A stretch of DNA of 64,000 bases, from NCBI GenBank assembly GCA_026770705.1, contig JANJGN010000026.1, forward strand, positions 30,070,001 to 30,134,000, written 5' to 3'. Below, piece after piece: positions 14,262 through 28,069 of the stretch. The notes beneath the pieces are model-generated. The model was not told where the DNA came from and made no database searches. It was given only the letters and a program-made list of their open reading frames with translations. This DNA comes from Isurus oxyrinchus. Lineage: Eukaryota. The position numbers and the translations under genes are program-made. How positions within the stretch are numbered: the first letter of the stretch is position 1; each line of letters opens with the position of its first letter.

Positions 14262-15572
14262 AAACAGAAAATGCTGGAAAAACGTCATTCCATTCTCTTA
14301 GTTTGTTCATCTCCTTCACATCTGTTCCGATGATGCCACTATCCAAAATGATGCTTCGGACATGCCTTCCTTCTTCCTTAACCAAGGTTTCCCACCCACT
14401 GTGGTTGACAGGGCCCTCAACTGTGTCCGACCCATCTCCCGCATCTCTACTTTCACACATTCCTCTCTCTCCGAGAATCATGATAAGGTCCCCCTTTTCC
14501 TCATCTTTCATCCCACCACCCCCGCATTCAAAGGATCATCCTCCGTCTTTTCTGCTAATCCCAACATGATGCCACCACCAAACACACCTTCCCCTCACCA
14601 CTCCACCCCCACCCCTGTCAGCAGTCCACAGAGACCGTTCCCTCTGAGACACCCTGGTCCACTCCTCCATCATCCGCAACACCTCATCCGTTCCCATAGC
14701 ACCTTCCCAAGCAATCAGAGAAGATGCAACACCTGCCCCTTTACCTCCTCCCTCCTCACCGTCCAAGGGCCCAGACATTTCTTTCAGGTGAAGCACCGCT
14801 TCATTGCACCTCCTTCAATTTGGTCGACTGCATTCGATGCTCCCAATGCAGTCTCCTCGAGATTGGGGACACCAAACACAGACTGGCAGGCCGCTTTGTG
14901 GAACACCTTCGGTCTACCTACAAGCATGACCTAGACGTTCCTGTCGCTTGCAATTTCAACATGCCATCCTGCTCTGATACCCACATGTCCCTCTTTGACC
15001 TGCTGCATTGCCCCAGTGAAGCCCAACGCAAACTGGAGGAACAGAAACTCATCTTCCGATAATGCACTTTACAGCCTTATTCATTTATTCATTGTTTTAT
15101 CCTCTTTTTATCCCCTTTTTCGTTCATTTTTATACCGTTTTTCCCCAACCACCCCTACCACACCCCCAAAAGGGCCATCAGTTACTTGTCCCATGTTGTT
15201 CTTTCACAGTGTGTTGATTCTGTCTCTGCTGTTAACACATTCTGCTTTCTTACCTTTATGACTCTTTAGCACCTACTTTAGCCTTACTACTGCCATTAAC
15301 ACTCCCTTTTTCTGTTTGCCTATGATATGCTTGGCAGTGTCACCTTAATCCTACCTATTGCTTGTCTTCTATCCAGCCTGACCTGCTCTACCCCGCTTAA
15401 ACAGTAAATGTCATCACATTTCGACTTCTCTTTAGCTCTGAGGAAGGTCATACGATCTCAGAAAGTTAGCTCTACTTCTCTCACCACAGGTGCTGTCAGA
15501 CCTGCTGCGATGTACCAGCATTTTATGCTATTCTTTCAGATTTCCAGCATCCGCACTATTTTGCTTTTATCC
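14262..15572 (+). mobile_element. Older degenerate Penelope fragment with short inverted 5' tip
   Basis: GFPPTVVDRALN, CIRCSQC...IGDTK remnants and pLTR-type tail. Begins with the reverse complement of the 3' end (AAAACAGAAAATGCTGGAAA). Confidence 0.85.
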
Positions 15573-18500
15573 AGATTGATATAAACTGAGACAGTGCCTA
15601 GTGCAGTGCTTACTAATGAAGGGTCTAGATTATCATGAACTGAGACAGGGCCTAGTGCAATGCTTACTGATACAGTATCTAGATTAATGTAAACTGAGAC
15701 AGGCTCACGTGCAGTGATAACTGATACAGGATCTAGATTAATATGAACTGAGACATGCTCGAGCGCAGTGATTACAGACACAGGATTTAGATTAATATAA
15801 ACTGGGACAGGGTCTAGTCCAGTGTTTATAGATACAGGATCTTGATCAATATAAATTCACTCATTGCCCTGTGCAGTGATTACTGATACAGGGTCAAGGT
15901 TGATATACATTGAGGCAAGCCATAGTGCAGTGATTACTCATAGCGGGCTGAGATAAAAAATAAACTAGGACAGTGTCCAGTGCAGTGATTACTGATACAG
16001 GGTCTAGATTAATTAAACTTGAGATGCGGCCAAGTGCAGTGAGCACTGTTACCGGGTCTAGGTTGATATAAACTGATGCAGGGGCTAGTGCAATGATTAC
16101 TCATAAAGGATCTAGACTAATATAAACTGAGACAGGACCAAGTGCAGTGATTACTGATACATGATCTAGATCAATTTAAACGGAGGCAGTGTCCAGTAGA
16201 GTGATTACTGATACAGAGTCTTGATTAATATGAACTGAGACAGGGTATAGTGCTGCAGTAACAAAAACAAAATTACCTAGAAGAACTCAGCAGGTCTGGC
16301 AGCATCTGTGGGAGAGGAGCACAGTTAACATTTCAAGTCCAGACGACTCTTCAACAGAACTAAGGAAAAATAGAAAAGGGGTGAAATATAAACTGGTTTA
16401 AGTGGGGGTGGGGGGCGGTGGTGGTGGTGGGATATAAGCTAATAAGATATATTTCACCCCTTTTCTATTTTTCCTTAGTTTGTTGAAGAGTCATGCGGAC
16501 TCGAAATGTTAACTGTGCTCTTCTCTCCAGATGCTGCCAGACCTGCTGAGTTTTTCTAGGTATTTTTGTTTTTGTTTTGGATTTCCAGCATCCACGGTTT
16601 TTTTGCTTTTATTATAGTGCTGCGATTACTGATACAGGCTCTGGCTTGATATAAACTGAAACAGGGCATTGTGCAGTGTTCATTGATACAGGGTCTAGAT
16701 AAATATAAACTGGGGCAGGGGCTAGTGCAATGATCACTGTTACAGTGTCTGAACTGAAATAAACGGATGTATTGAGTTCTGTCATTACTGATCTAGTGCA
16801 GTGATTACTGATACAGCATATGGATTGATAAAAATGGAGGCATGGCATAGCGCAGTGATTACTGATACAGGGCCTAGATTAATATAAAATGAGACAGTGT
16901 CCATTGCACTGATTATGATGCATGGTCTAGATCAATATAAACTGGGATAGGGTCGAGTGCAGTGATTACTGATACAGGGTCTAAATTAATAGAACTTGAG
17001 ACAGGCCAAGTGCAGTGATCACTGCTAGAGGGTTTAGATTGATATAAACTGATGCTGGGTCTAGTGCAGTGATTACTGACACAGGGTCTAGATCAATATA
17101 AACAGAGACAGGGGCTAGTGCAGTGATTACTGATCCAGGGTCTATATAAATATATACTGGGATTTGGGCCAGTGCAGTGATTACTGATACAGGATCTGGA
17201 CTCATAAACTGAGGCATTTTCTAGCTCTGTCATTATTGATACAGGTTGTGGACTAATATAAACTGAGACAGGGTCGAGCGAAGTGGTAATTTATACAGAA
17301 TCTGGATTGATATAAGCTGAGGCAGGCCATAGTGCAGTGATTACTGATTCAGGGCCTAGATAAATAAAAATGAGGACAGTGGCTAGTGCAATGATTACTG
17401 AAACAGTGTCTGAATCAATATAAACTGAGACAGAGCCTAGTGTGATGATGACTGATACAGGGTCCAGATGATAAAGACTGAGGCGGGGCATAGTGCAGAG
17501 ATTACTGATACAGGATCTAGATTAATGTAAACTGAGACAGAGCCTAGTGCAGTGATTACTGATACAGGTCAAGGTGAATATAAAGCAGGATAGAGGCTAG
17601 TGCATTGATTAATGATACAGGATCAGGGTCAGTATAAACTGAGGCAGTGTCCATTGCAGTGATTACTGATACATGGCCTAAATTAATATGAACTGAGGCA
17701 GGGCCTAGTGCAACGATTACTGATTTAGGGACCAGATTAATATAAACTAAGACAGGGCCTAGTGCAGTGATTACTGATTCATGGTCTAGATCAATATAAA
17801 CTGAGACAGGGCCTAGTGCAGGGATTACTAATAGAGGGTCTAGGTTGATATAAACTAAGGCAGGGCCTAGTGCGGTGATTACCGACACAAGGACGAGAGC
17901 AATATAAACTAGGTCAGGGGCTAGTACAGTGATTAATGATACAGGATGAGGATCAATATAAACTGAGACAGTGTCCATTGAAGTAATTACGGTTACAGGG
18001 TGTACATCAGTATAAACTGAGATAAGGTCCAGTGCAGTGATTAATATAACATGAGACAGTGTCTAGTGCAGTGATTACTGATCCAAGGTCTTGATAAATA
18101 TAAAATTAAGATCGTATCTAATGCAGTGATTACTGATACATGGTCCATATTAATATGAACTGAGGCACAGCCTAGTGCAGCGATTACTGATTTAGGGTCT
18201 AGATTGATATAAACTAAGACAGGACATATTAAATTGATTACTGATGCAGGGTCCAGGTTAATAGAAACTGAGAGAGGGCAAAGTGCAGTGATTATAGATT
18301 CAGGGTGCAGATTATTATAACCAGAACAGGGGCGAGAGCAGTGATTACTGAAACAGGACCTTGATTAATATAAACTGAGTCAGGCTCTTGTACAGTAATC
18401 GCTGATGCCCGGTCTGAAATAACATAACCTGAGACAGGGCCTGGTGCACTGTTCACTGACACAGGGCCCAGATAAATATAACTGGGACAGGGGCTCGGGC

Positions 18501-21500
18501 AGTGATTACTACTGCAGGGGCTAAATTAATATAAACTTTGATAGGGCCTAGTGCAGTGATTACTGATACAGGGTCTAGACTGATTTAAAAAAAAAACTGA
18601 GGCAGGGCATAGTGCAGTGATTGCTGATACAGGGTACAGATTAATATAAACTGAGACAGGGCCTAGATAAATATAAGCCAGGACAAGGGCTAGTGCAGTG
18701 ATTAATGATACGGGATCATGATCAATATAAACTGAGACAGTGTCCTTTGCAGTGATTACTGATACAAGATCTAGATCAATATCAATGGAGAAAGGGCCTA
18801 GTGCAGTGATTACTGATAGAGGCTCTGGACTAATATAAACTGAGGCAGGGCATAGTGCAGAGATTACTGATACAGGGTCAAGATTAATCTAAATTGAAAC
18901 ATGGTCTGGTGCAGTGCTTACCGATACAGAATCAGGATCAATATAAACTGAGACAGGGCCCAGTGCAGTGATTACTGACACATGGTCTGAATCAATTTTA
19001 ACTCAGACAATGTCCAGTGCAGTGATTACTGACACAGAGCCTAGATTAATATAAACTGAGGCAAGGTCTAGTGCAATGATAACTGATACAGTGTCCAGAT
19101 CAATATAAACTGAGATAGGTCCAAGTGCTGCGATTACTAATACAGGGCCTGGATTAATATAAACTGAGACAGAGCCAAGTGCAGTCATTACTGATACAGG
19201 ATCTAAATTAATATAAACTGAGACAGGGTCTAGTCCAGAGTTTACTGATACAGGGTTTCAATCAATATAAAGTCAGACAATGCCAAGTGCACTGATCACT
19301 GATACAGGGTCTGAACCAACATAAACTGTGAAGTGTTCATTGATACAGGGCCTAGATAAATATAACTGGGACAGGAGCTCTTGCAGTGATGACTGCTGCA
19401 GGGACTAAATTAATATAAAGTGAGACAGAGTCTAATGCAGAGATAACAGATGTGGGACCAAGATCAATATAAACTGAGACAGGGTCTAGATCAATATCAA
19501 CTGAGACAGTTTCTACTGCAGTGAATACTGATACAGGGTCTTGATTAATAAAAACTGAGACAGGGCCTAGTGCAGTGATTAATGTTACAGGAGCTAGATT
19601 AATATAAACTGAGAGAGCCTCCAGTACAGAGATTACAGATACAGGGTCTAGATTAATTTAATCTGAGACAGGTCTAGTGTAGAGATGACTGATACAAGGC
19701 CTAGCTCAATATAAATTGAGGCAATATCCAGTGGAGTGATTACTGACACGGGGTCTTGGTTAATATAAACTGCGGAGGGCACAGTGCAGTGATTCCTGAT
19801 GCAGGCTCTAAATTAATGTAAACTGAGACAAGGCCTAGTATAGTGATTACTGATACAGGGTCCAGATTGGTAAAAACTGAGGCAGGCCAGAATATAATTC
19901 AAAAATTGGCTTTGTTGTAGGAGACAGAGGATGATGACAAAAGGATGCTCTAGTTACTGGAAGCCAGTGTCCAGTGGCATAGCACAGGGATCTGTGCTGA
20001 GCCCCCTATTATTTGTCATTTATATAAATGACATAGATGACTAGATTAATAGAAACTGAAACAGGTTCTAGTGCAATGTTTACTGATACATGGTCCTGAT
20101 CAATATAAACTCAGACAATGTCCAATGCAGTCATTACTAATACAGAGTCTAGATTAATAGAATCTGAGGCAGGGTCGAGTGCAATGAAAACTGATGTAGG
20201 ATCAAGATTAACATAAACTCAGACAATGTCCAGTGCAGAGATTATTGATACAGGGCTGAGACAAATATAAACTGAGACTGGGCCTACTGCAGTGATTGCT
20301 GATACAGGGTCTGGATCAATATAAACTGAGACAGTGTCCAGTGCAGTGATTACTGAAACAGGGTCTAGATTAATATAAACTGAAACAAAGCCTAGTGTGA
20401 TGATTACTGATACAGGGTCTGGACGATAAAAACGGAGGCAGGGCATAGTGCAGTGATTACTGATACAGGGTCTAGATTAATGTAAAATGAGACAGAGCCT
20501 AGTGCGGTGATTACTGATGCAGGGCCAAGGTAAATATAATGCAGGACAGAGACTAGTGCATTGATTAATGATACAGGATCAGGGTCAATATAAACTGAGA
20601 CAGTGTCCATTGAAGTAATTACTGATACATTCCCTAAATTAATATGAACTGAGGCAGGCCATATTGCAGTAATTACTGAACAAGGCTCTAGGGCTAATAT
20701 AAACTGAGACAGGGCCTAGTGCAGTGATTACTGATACACGGTCTCGATCAATATAAACTGAGGCAGTGTCCAGTAGAGTGATTACTGATACAGGGTCTTG
20801 ATTAATATAAACTGAGACGGGGTGTAGTGCAGTGATTCCTGATACAGGCTCTAACTTGACAGAAACTGAGACAGGGCATTGTGCAGTGATTACTGATCCA
20901 TGGTCTAGATAAGTATAAACTGGGACAGGGGCTAGTGCAGTGATTACTGTTACAGTGTCTGGACTAAAATAAGTGGAGGCATTCTCTAGATCTGTCATTA
21001 CTGATACAGGTTCTGGACTCATTTAAACTGAGATAAGGTCTAGTGCAGTGATTACTGATACAGGATATGGATTGATATAAACTGATGCTTGGTCTAGTGC
21101 AGTGATTACTGGCACAGCGTCCAGATCAATATAAACAGAGACAGGGACTAGTGCAGTGATTACTGATACACGGTTGACATAAATATATACTGGGATAGGG
21201 GCCAGTGCAGTGATTACTGATACAGTGTCTGGACTCATATAAATGGAGACAGGGTCCAGCCAACTTATTACTGATACAGGACCTGAATTGATATAAACTA
21301 AGGCAGGCCATAGTGCAGTGACTAGTGTTGCAGGCCAAGATAAATAAAATTGAGGTCAGCGGCTAGTGCAGTGATTACTGATACGGGGTCTAGAACAATA
21401 TAAAATGAGGGTGTTCATTGCATTGATTATTATACAGGGTTTGGTTTATTTAAAATGAGAAGGCTCTAATGCCAGGATTACTGATACAGGGTCTGGATCA

Positions 21501-22444
21501 ATATAAACTGAGACAGTGTCCAGTGCAGTGATTATTGATACAGGGACTAGATTAATATAAAATGAGACTAGTGCAGTGATTACTAATACAGGGTCTAGAT
21601 GATAAAAACGGAGGCAGGGCATAGTGCAGTGATTACTGATACAGGGTCTGGATCAATATAAACTGAGACAGTGTCCAGTGCAGTGATTACTGATACAGGG
21701 TCAAGGTAAATATAAAGTAGGACAGAGGCTAGTGCATTGATTAAAAATACTGGATCAATATGAATATAAACTGAGACAGTGTCCATTGCACTGATTACTG
21801 ATGCATGGCCTAAATTAATATGAACTGAGTCAGGGCCCAGTGCAGCGGTTACTGATTTAGGGTCTAGATTAATATGAACTGAGGCAGGTCATATTGCAGT
21901 GATTACTGACACAGGGACTAGATTAACATAAACTGGGACAGGGGATAGTGCAGTGATTAATGATATAGGATCAAGGTCAATATAAACTGAGACAGTGTCC
22001 ATTGAAGTGATTACAGTTATGGGGTGTACATCAATATAAAATCAGACAGTGTCAAGTGCAGTGATTACTGATCCTAGGTCTTGATAAAAATAAAACTGAG
22101 ATAGTGATTAGTGCAGTGATTACTGATACATGGTCTTGATTAATATGAACTGAGGCATGGCCTAGTGCAGCGATTACTGATTTAGGGTCTAGATTGATAT
22201 AAACAAAAGTAGGGAAAATTGCAGTAATTGCTGATACAGGGTTGAGAGTGACATAAACTGAGGCAGGGCATAATGCATTGATTGCTGATACAAGGTATAG
22301 GTTAATAGAAACTGAGAGAGGGCCAAGTGCAGTGATAATAGATTCAGGGTGCAGATTATTATAACCAGAACAGGGACAAGTGCAGTGATTACTGAAACAG
22401 GGCCTTGATTAATATAAACTGAGACAGGCTCTTGTACAGTAATA
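15573..22444 (+). repeat. 54-bp satellite (dimer of two 27-bp subunits)
   Basis: Consensus AGTGCAGTGATTACTGATACAGGGTCT + AGATTAATATAAACTGAGACAGGGCCT over >100 diverged units; interrupted at 16257-16612 and ~19890-20042. Confidence 0.95.
16257..16612. mobile_element. Non-autonomous hairpin made of two inverted Penelope pLTR ends
   Basis: Arms are reverse complements carrying the hammerhead-like motif; flanked by direct repeat TATAGTGCTGC (16246-16256 and 16613-16623). Confidence 0.85.
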
Positions 22445-22962
22445 AACAAAAACAAAAACAGAATTACCTGGAAAAACTCAGCTGGTCTGGCAGCATTGGC
22501 GGAGAAGAAAAGAGTTGACGTTTTGAGTCCTCATGATCCTTCGACAGAACTTGAGTTCGAGTCCAAGAAAGAGTTGAAATATAAGTTGGTTTAAGGTGTG
22601 TGTGTGGGGGGCGGAGAGAGAGAGAGAGAGAGAGAGGTGGAGGGGGGGTGTGGTTGTAGGGACAAACAAGCAGTGATAGAAGCAAATCATCAAAAGATGT
22701 CAACAACAATAGTACAAAAGTACACATAGGTGTTAAAGTTAAAGTTGGTGATATTATCTAAACGAATGTGCTAATTAAGAATGGATGGTAGGGCACTCAA
22801 GGTACAGCTCTAGTGGGGGTGTGTTTTTTTTTAAATAATGGAAATAGGTGGGAAAAGGAAAATCTTTATAATTTAATGAAAAAAAAAGGAACGGGGAAAC
22901 AGAAAGGGGGTGGGGATGGGGGAGGGAGCTCATGACCTAAAGTTGTTGACTTCAATATTCAG

Positions 22963-25074
22963 TCAGGAAGGTTGTAAAGTGCCTAGTCGGAAGATGAGGT
23001 GTTGTCCCTCCAGTTTGCGTTGGGCTTCACTGGAACAATCCAGCAAGCCAAGGACAGACATGTGGGCAAGAGAGCAGGGTGGAGTGTTAAAATGGCAAGC
23101 GACAGGGAGGTTTGGGTCAATCTTGCGGACAGACCACAGGTGTTCTGCAAAGCGGTCGCCCAGTTTACGTTTGGTCTCTCCAATGTAGAGGAGACCACAT
23201 TGGGAGCAATGAATGCAGTAGACTAAGTTGGGGGAAATGCAAGTGAAATGCTGCTTCACTTGAAAGGAGTGTTTGGGTCTTTGGACGGTGAGGAGAGAGG
23301 AAGTGCAGGGGCAGGTGTTGCATCTTTTACGTGGGCATGGGGTGGTGCCATAGGAGGGGGTTGAGGAGTAGGGGATGATGGAGGAGTGGACCAGTGTGTC
23401 CCGGAGGGAGCGATCCCTACGGAATGCCGATAGGGGGGGTGAAGGGAAGATGTGTTTGGTGGTGGCATCATGCTGGAGTTGGCGGAAATGGCGGAGGATG
23501 ATCCTTTGAATGCGGAGGCTGGTGGGGTGATAAGTGAGGACAAGGGGCACCCTATCATGTTTCTGGGAGGGAGCAGAAGGCGTGAGGGCGGATGCGCGGG
23601 AGATGGGTCGGACACGGTTGAGGGCTCTGTCAATGACCGTGGGTGGAAAACCTCGGTTAAGGATGAAGGAGGACATGTCAGAGGAACTCTTTTTGAAGGT
23701 AGCATCATCGGAACAGATGCGACGGAGGCGAAGGAACTGAGAGAATGGGATGGAGTCCTTACAGGAAGCGAGGTGTGAGGAGCTGTAGTCGAGGTAGCTG
23801 TGGGAGTCGGTGGGTTTGTAATGGATATTGGTGGACAGTCTATCTCCAGAGATTGAGACAGAGAGGTCAAGGAAGGGAAGGGAAGTGTCAGAGATGGACC
23901 ACATGAAAATGATGGAGGGGTGGAGATTGGAAGCAAAATTAATAAATTTTTCCAAGTCCCAACGAGAGCATGAAGCGGCACCGAAGTAATCATCGATGTA
24001 CCGGACAAAGAGTTGTGGAAGGGGGCTGGAGTAGGACTGCAACAAGGAATGTTCCACATACCCCATAAAGAGACAGGCATAGCTGGGGCCCATGCGGGTA
24101 CCCATAGCCACACCTTTTATTTGGAGGAAGTGAGAGGAGTTGAAGGAGAAATTGTTCAGCGTGAGAACAAGTTCAGCCAGACGGAGGAGAGTAGTGGTGG
24201 ATGGGGATTGTTCGGGCCTCTGTTCGAGGAAGAAGCTAAGGGCCCTCAGACCATCCTGGTGGGGGATGGAGGTGTAGAGGGATTGGACGTCCATGGTGAA
24301 GAGGAAGCGGTTGGAGCCAGGGAACTGGAAATTGTTGATTTTACGTAAGGTGTCAGCGGAATCACGGATGTAGGTGGGAAGGGACTGGACAAGGGGAGAT
24401 AGAAGGGAGTCAAGATAACGAGAAATGAGTTCTGTGGGGCAGGTGCAAGCTGAGATGATCGGTCTACCAGGGCAGTTCTGTTTGTGGATTTTGGGTAGGA
24501 GATAGAAGCGGGCCGTCCAAGGTTGGGCGACTATCAGGTTGGAAGCTGTGGGAGGGAGATCCCCAGAGGAGATGAGGTCAGTGACAGTCCTGGAAACAAT
24601 GGCTTGAAGTTCAGTGGTGGAGTCATGGTCCAGGGAGAAGTAGGAGGAAGTGTCGGCGAGTTGACGCTCAGCCTCCGCGAGGTAGAGGTCAGTGTGCCAG
24701 ACAACAACAGCACCACCCTTGTCAGCGGGTTTGATGACAATGTCAGGGTTGGACCTGAGAGAATGGAGTGCAGTAAGTTCAGAGAGAGACAGGTTAGAAT
24801 GGGTGAGAGGAGCAGAGAAATTGAGACGACTAATGTCGCGCCGACAGTTCTCAATGAAAAGATCAAGAGAAGGTAAGAATCCAGAGGGAGGGGTCCAGGT
24901 GGAGGGAGAATATTGGAGATGGGTAAAAGGATCCATTGAACTGGGAGTGGGCTCCTGCCCAAAGATGTGAGCACGGAGACGAAGACGGCGGAAGAAGAGT
25001 TCAGCATCATGCCGAGCCCGAAATTCATTGAGGTGAAGGCATAAGGGTATGAAACTAAGTCCTTTGCTGAGCAC
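22963..25074 (-). CDS. Penelope RT plus GIY-YIG endonuclease ORF (703 aa, 5'-truncated, premature stop about 10 codons from the end)
   Basis: Uninterrupted ORF with YIDD and GIY-YIG motifs; GGA>TGA relative to the sister copies at the C-terminus. Confidence 0.9.
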   Translation of the reverse strand: MLSKGLSFIPLCLHLNEFRARHDAELFFRRLRLRAHIFGQEPTPSSMDPFTHLQYSPSTWTPPSGFLPSLDLFIENCRRDISRLNFSAPLTHSNLSLSELTALHSLRSNPDIVIKPADKGGAVVVWHTDLYLAEAERQLADTSSYFSLDHDSTTELQAIVSRTVTDLISSGDLPPTASNLIVAQPWTARFYLLPKIHKQNCPGRPIISACTCPTELISRYLDSLLSPLVQSLPTYIRDSADTLRKINNFQFPGSNRFLFTMDVQSLYTSIPHQDGLRALSFFLEQRPEQSPSTTTLLRLAELVLTLNNFSFNSSHFLQIKGVAMGTRMGPSYACLFMGYVEHSLLQSYSSPLPQLFVRYIDDYFGAASCSRWDLEKFINFASNLHPSIIFMWSISDTSLPFLDLSVSISGDRLSTNIHYKPTDSHSYLDYSSSHLASCKDSIPFSQFLRLRRICSDDATFKKSSSDMSSFILNRGFPPTVIDRALNRVRPISRASALTPSAPSQKHDRVPLVLTYHPTSLRIQRIILRHFRQLQHDATTKHIFPSPPLSAFRRDRSLRDTLVHSSIIPYSSTPSYGTTPCPRKRCNTCPCTSSLLTVQRPKHSFQVKQHFTCISPNLVYCIHCSQCGLLYIGETKRKLGDRFAEHLWSVRKIDPNLPVACHFNTPPCSLAHMSVLGLLDCSSEAQRKLEGQHLIFRLGTLQPS

Positions 25075-28024
25075 TGAACGTTCAGCATCGGAGAGGGGAA
25101 GGTCAGGGGGTATAGTGAATACACGGCTGGGGTTGGGATTGGAAGATGGGGTGGGGATGGAGGGACAGGCCGGGGTGGATGGTCCTAGATGGGTGTTGGT
25201 GTCGATGAGTTGTTGGAGCTTGCGTTCTTAGCACTTGAGAGAAAGAGAAAAAGTTTCTTGTTGAGGCATCGGATGAGCCGAAGGATAAAATGAAACTTGC
25301 CCCCAGTTTCATTTTATCCTTCGGCTCATCCGACGCCTCAACAAGAAACTTTTTCTCTTTCTCTCAAGTGCTAAGGAACGCAAGCTCCAACAACTCATCG
25401 ACACCAACACCCATCTAGGACCCTCCACCCCGGCCTGTCCCTCCGTCCCCACCCCATCTTCCAATCCCAGCCCCAGCCGTGTATTCACTATACCGCCTGA
25501 CCTTCCCCTCTCCGATGCTGAACATTCAGTGCTCAGCAAAGGACTTAGTTTCATACCATTACGCCCTCACCTCAATGAATTTCGGGTTCGGCACGATGCT
25601 GAACTCTTCTTCCGCTGTCTTCGTCTCCGGGCTCACTTCTTTGGCCAGGAGTCCTCTCCCCGTTCAACGGATCCTTTTACCCATCTCCAATATTCTCCCT
25701 CCACCTGGACCCCTCCCTCTGGATTCTTACCTTCTCTTGAACTTTTCATTGAGAACTGTCAGCGCGACATTAGTCGTCTCAATTTCTCTGCTCCTCTCAC
25801 CCATTCTAACCTGTCTCTCTCTGAACTTACTGCACTCCATTCTCGCAGGTCCAACCCTGACATTGTCATCATACCCGCTGACAAGGGTGGTGCTGTTGTT
25901 GTCTGGCGCACTGACGTCTACCTCGCGGATGCTGAGCGTCACCTCGCAGACACATTCCTCCTACCTCTCCCTGGACCATGACCCCACCACTGAACATCAA
26001 GCCATTGTTTCCAGGACGGTCACTGACCTCATCTCCTCTGGGGATCTCCCTCCCACAGCTTCCAACCTGATAGTCGCCCAACCTCGGACGGCCCGCTTCT
26101 ATCTCCTACCCAAAATCCACAAACAGAACTGCCCCGGTAGACCGATCGTCTCAGCTTGCTCCTGCCCCACAGAACTCATTTCTCTTTATCCTGACCCCCT
26201 TCTCTCTCCCCTTGGCCAGTCCCTTCCCACCTACATCCGTGATTCCGCTGACACCTTACGTCACATCAACAATTTCCAGTTCCCTGGCCCCAACCGCTTC
26301 CTCTTCACCATGGACGTCCAATCCCTCTACACCTCCATCCCCCACCAGGATGGTCTGAGGGCCCTTAGCTTCTTCCTCGAACAGAGGCCCGAACAATCCC
26401 CATCCACTACTACTCTCCTCCGTCTGGCTGAACTTGTTCTCACGCTGAACAATTTCTCTTTCAACTCCTCTCACTTCCTCCAAATAAAAGGTGTGGCTAT
26501 GGGTACCCGCATGGGCCCCAGCTATGCCTGTCTCTTTATGGGGTATGTGGAACATTCCTTGTTCCAGTCCTACTCCGGCCCCTTCCACAACTCTATGTCC
26601 GGTACATCAATGATTAATTCGGTGCCGCTTCATACTCTCGTCGGGACTTGGAAAAATTTATTAATTTTGCTTCCAATCTCCACCCCTCCATCATTTTCAC
26701 ATGGTCCATCTCTGACACTTCCCTTCCCTTCCTTGACCTCTCTGTCTCAATCTCTGGTGATAGACTGTCCACCAATATCCATTACAATCCCACCGACTCC
26801 CACAGCTATCTCGACTACAGCTCCTCATACCCCGCTTCCTGTAAGGACTCAATCCCATTCTCTCAGTTCCTTCGCCTCCGTCGCATCTATTCCGATGATG
26901 CTACCTTCAAAATCAGTTCCTCTGACATGTCCTCCTTCATCCTTAACCGAGGTTTTCCACCCACGGTCGTTGACAGAGCCCTCAACCATGTCCGACCCAT
27001 CTCCCGCGCATCCGCCCTCACGCCTTCTGCTCCCTCCCAGAAATATGATAGGGTGCCCCTTGTCCTCACTTATCACCCCACCAGCCTCCGCATTCAAAGG
27101 ATCATCCTCCGCCCTTTCCGCCAACTCCAGAATGATGCCACCACCAAACACATCTTCCCTTCACCCCCCCTATCGGCATTCCGTAGGGATCGCTCCCTCC
27201 AGGACACCCTGGTCCACTCCTCCATCACCCCTACTCCTCAGCCCCCTCCTATGGCACCACCCCATGCCCACATAAAAGATGCAACACCTGCCCCTGCACT
27301 TCCTCTCTCCTCACCGTCCAAGGACCCAAACACTCCTTTCAAGTGAAGCAGCATTTCACTTGCATTTCCCCCAACTTAGTCTACTGCATTCATTGCTCCC
27401 AATGTGGTCTCCTCTACATTGGAGAGACCAAACGTAAACTGGGCGACCGCTTTGCAGAACACCTGCGGTCTGTCTGCAAGATTGACCCAAACCTCCCTGT
27501 CGCTTGCCATTTTAACACTCCACCCTGCTCTCTTGCCCACATGTCTGTCCTTGGCTTGCTGCATTGTTCCAGTGAAGCCCAACGCAAACTGGACGAACAA
27601 CACCTCATCTTCCGACTAGACACTTTACAGCCTTCTGGACTGAATATTGAATTCAACAACTTTAGGTCGTGAGCTCCCTCCCCCATCCCCACCCCCTTTC
27701 TGTTTCCCCCTTCCTTTTTTTTTCAATAAATTATAAAGATTTTCCTTTTCCCACCTATTTCCATTATTTTTTTTAAAAAAACACACCCCCACTGGAGCTA
27801 TACCTTGAGTGCCCTACCATCCATTCTTAATTAGCACATTCGTTTAGATAAATTCACCAACTTTAACTTCAACACCTATGTGTTCTTTTGTACTATTGTT
27901 GTTGACATCTTTTGATGATCTGCTTCTGTCACCGCTTGTTTGTCCCTACAACCACACCCCCCCCCTCCTCCTCTCTCTCTCTCTCTCTCTCTCTCCGCCA
28001 CCCCACCCCCTCCCCCCCCCCCTC

Positions 28025-28069
<45 letters not shown>

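Noticed and set aside
15573-22444. CRISPR-like array, or protein gene with 18-aa repeats (LDPVSVITALGPVSVYI)
   Set aside because: No unique spacers, eukaryotic context, and frequent stops and frameshifts. The ORFs are by-products of a 54-bp satellite.
15573-22444. Satellite as an array of cryptic RSSs (CACTGCA...)
   Set aside because: No CACAGTG heptamer with an A-rich nonamer at 12 or 23 spacing.
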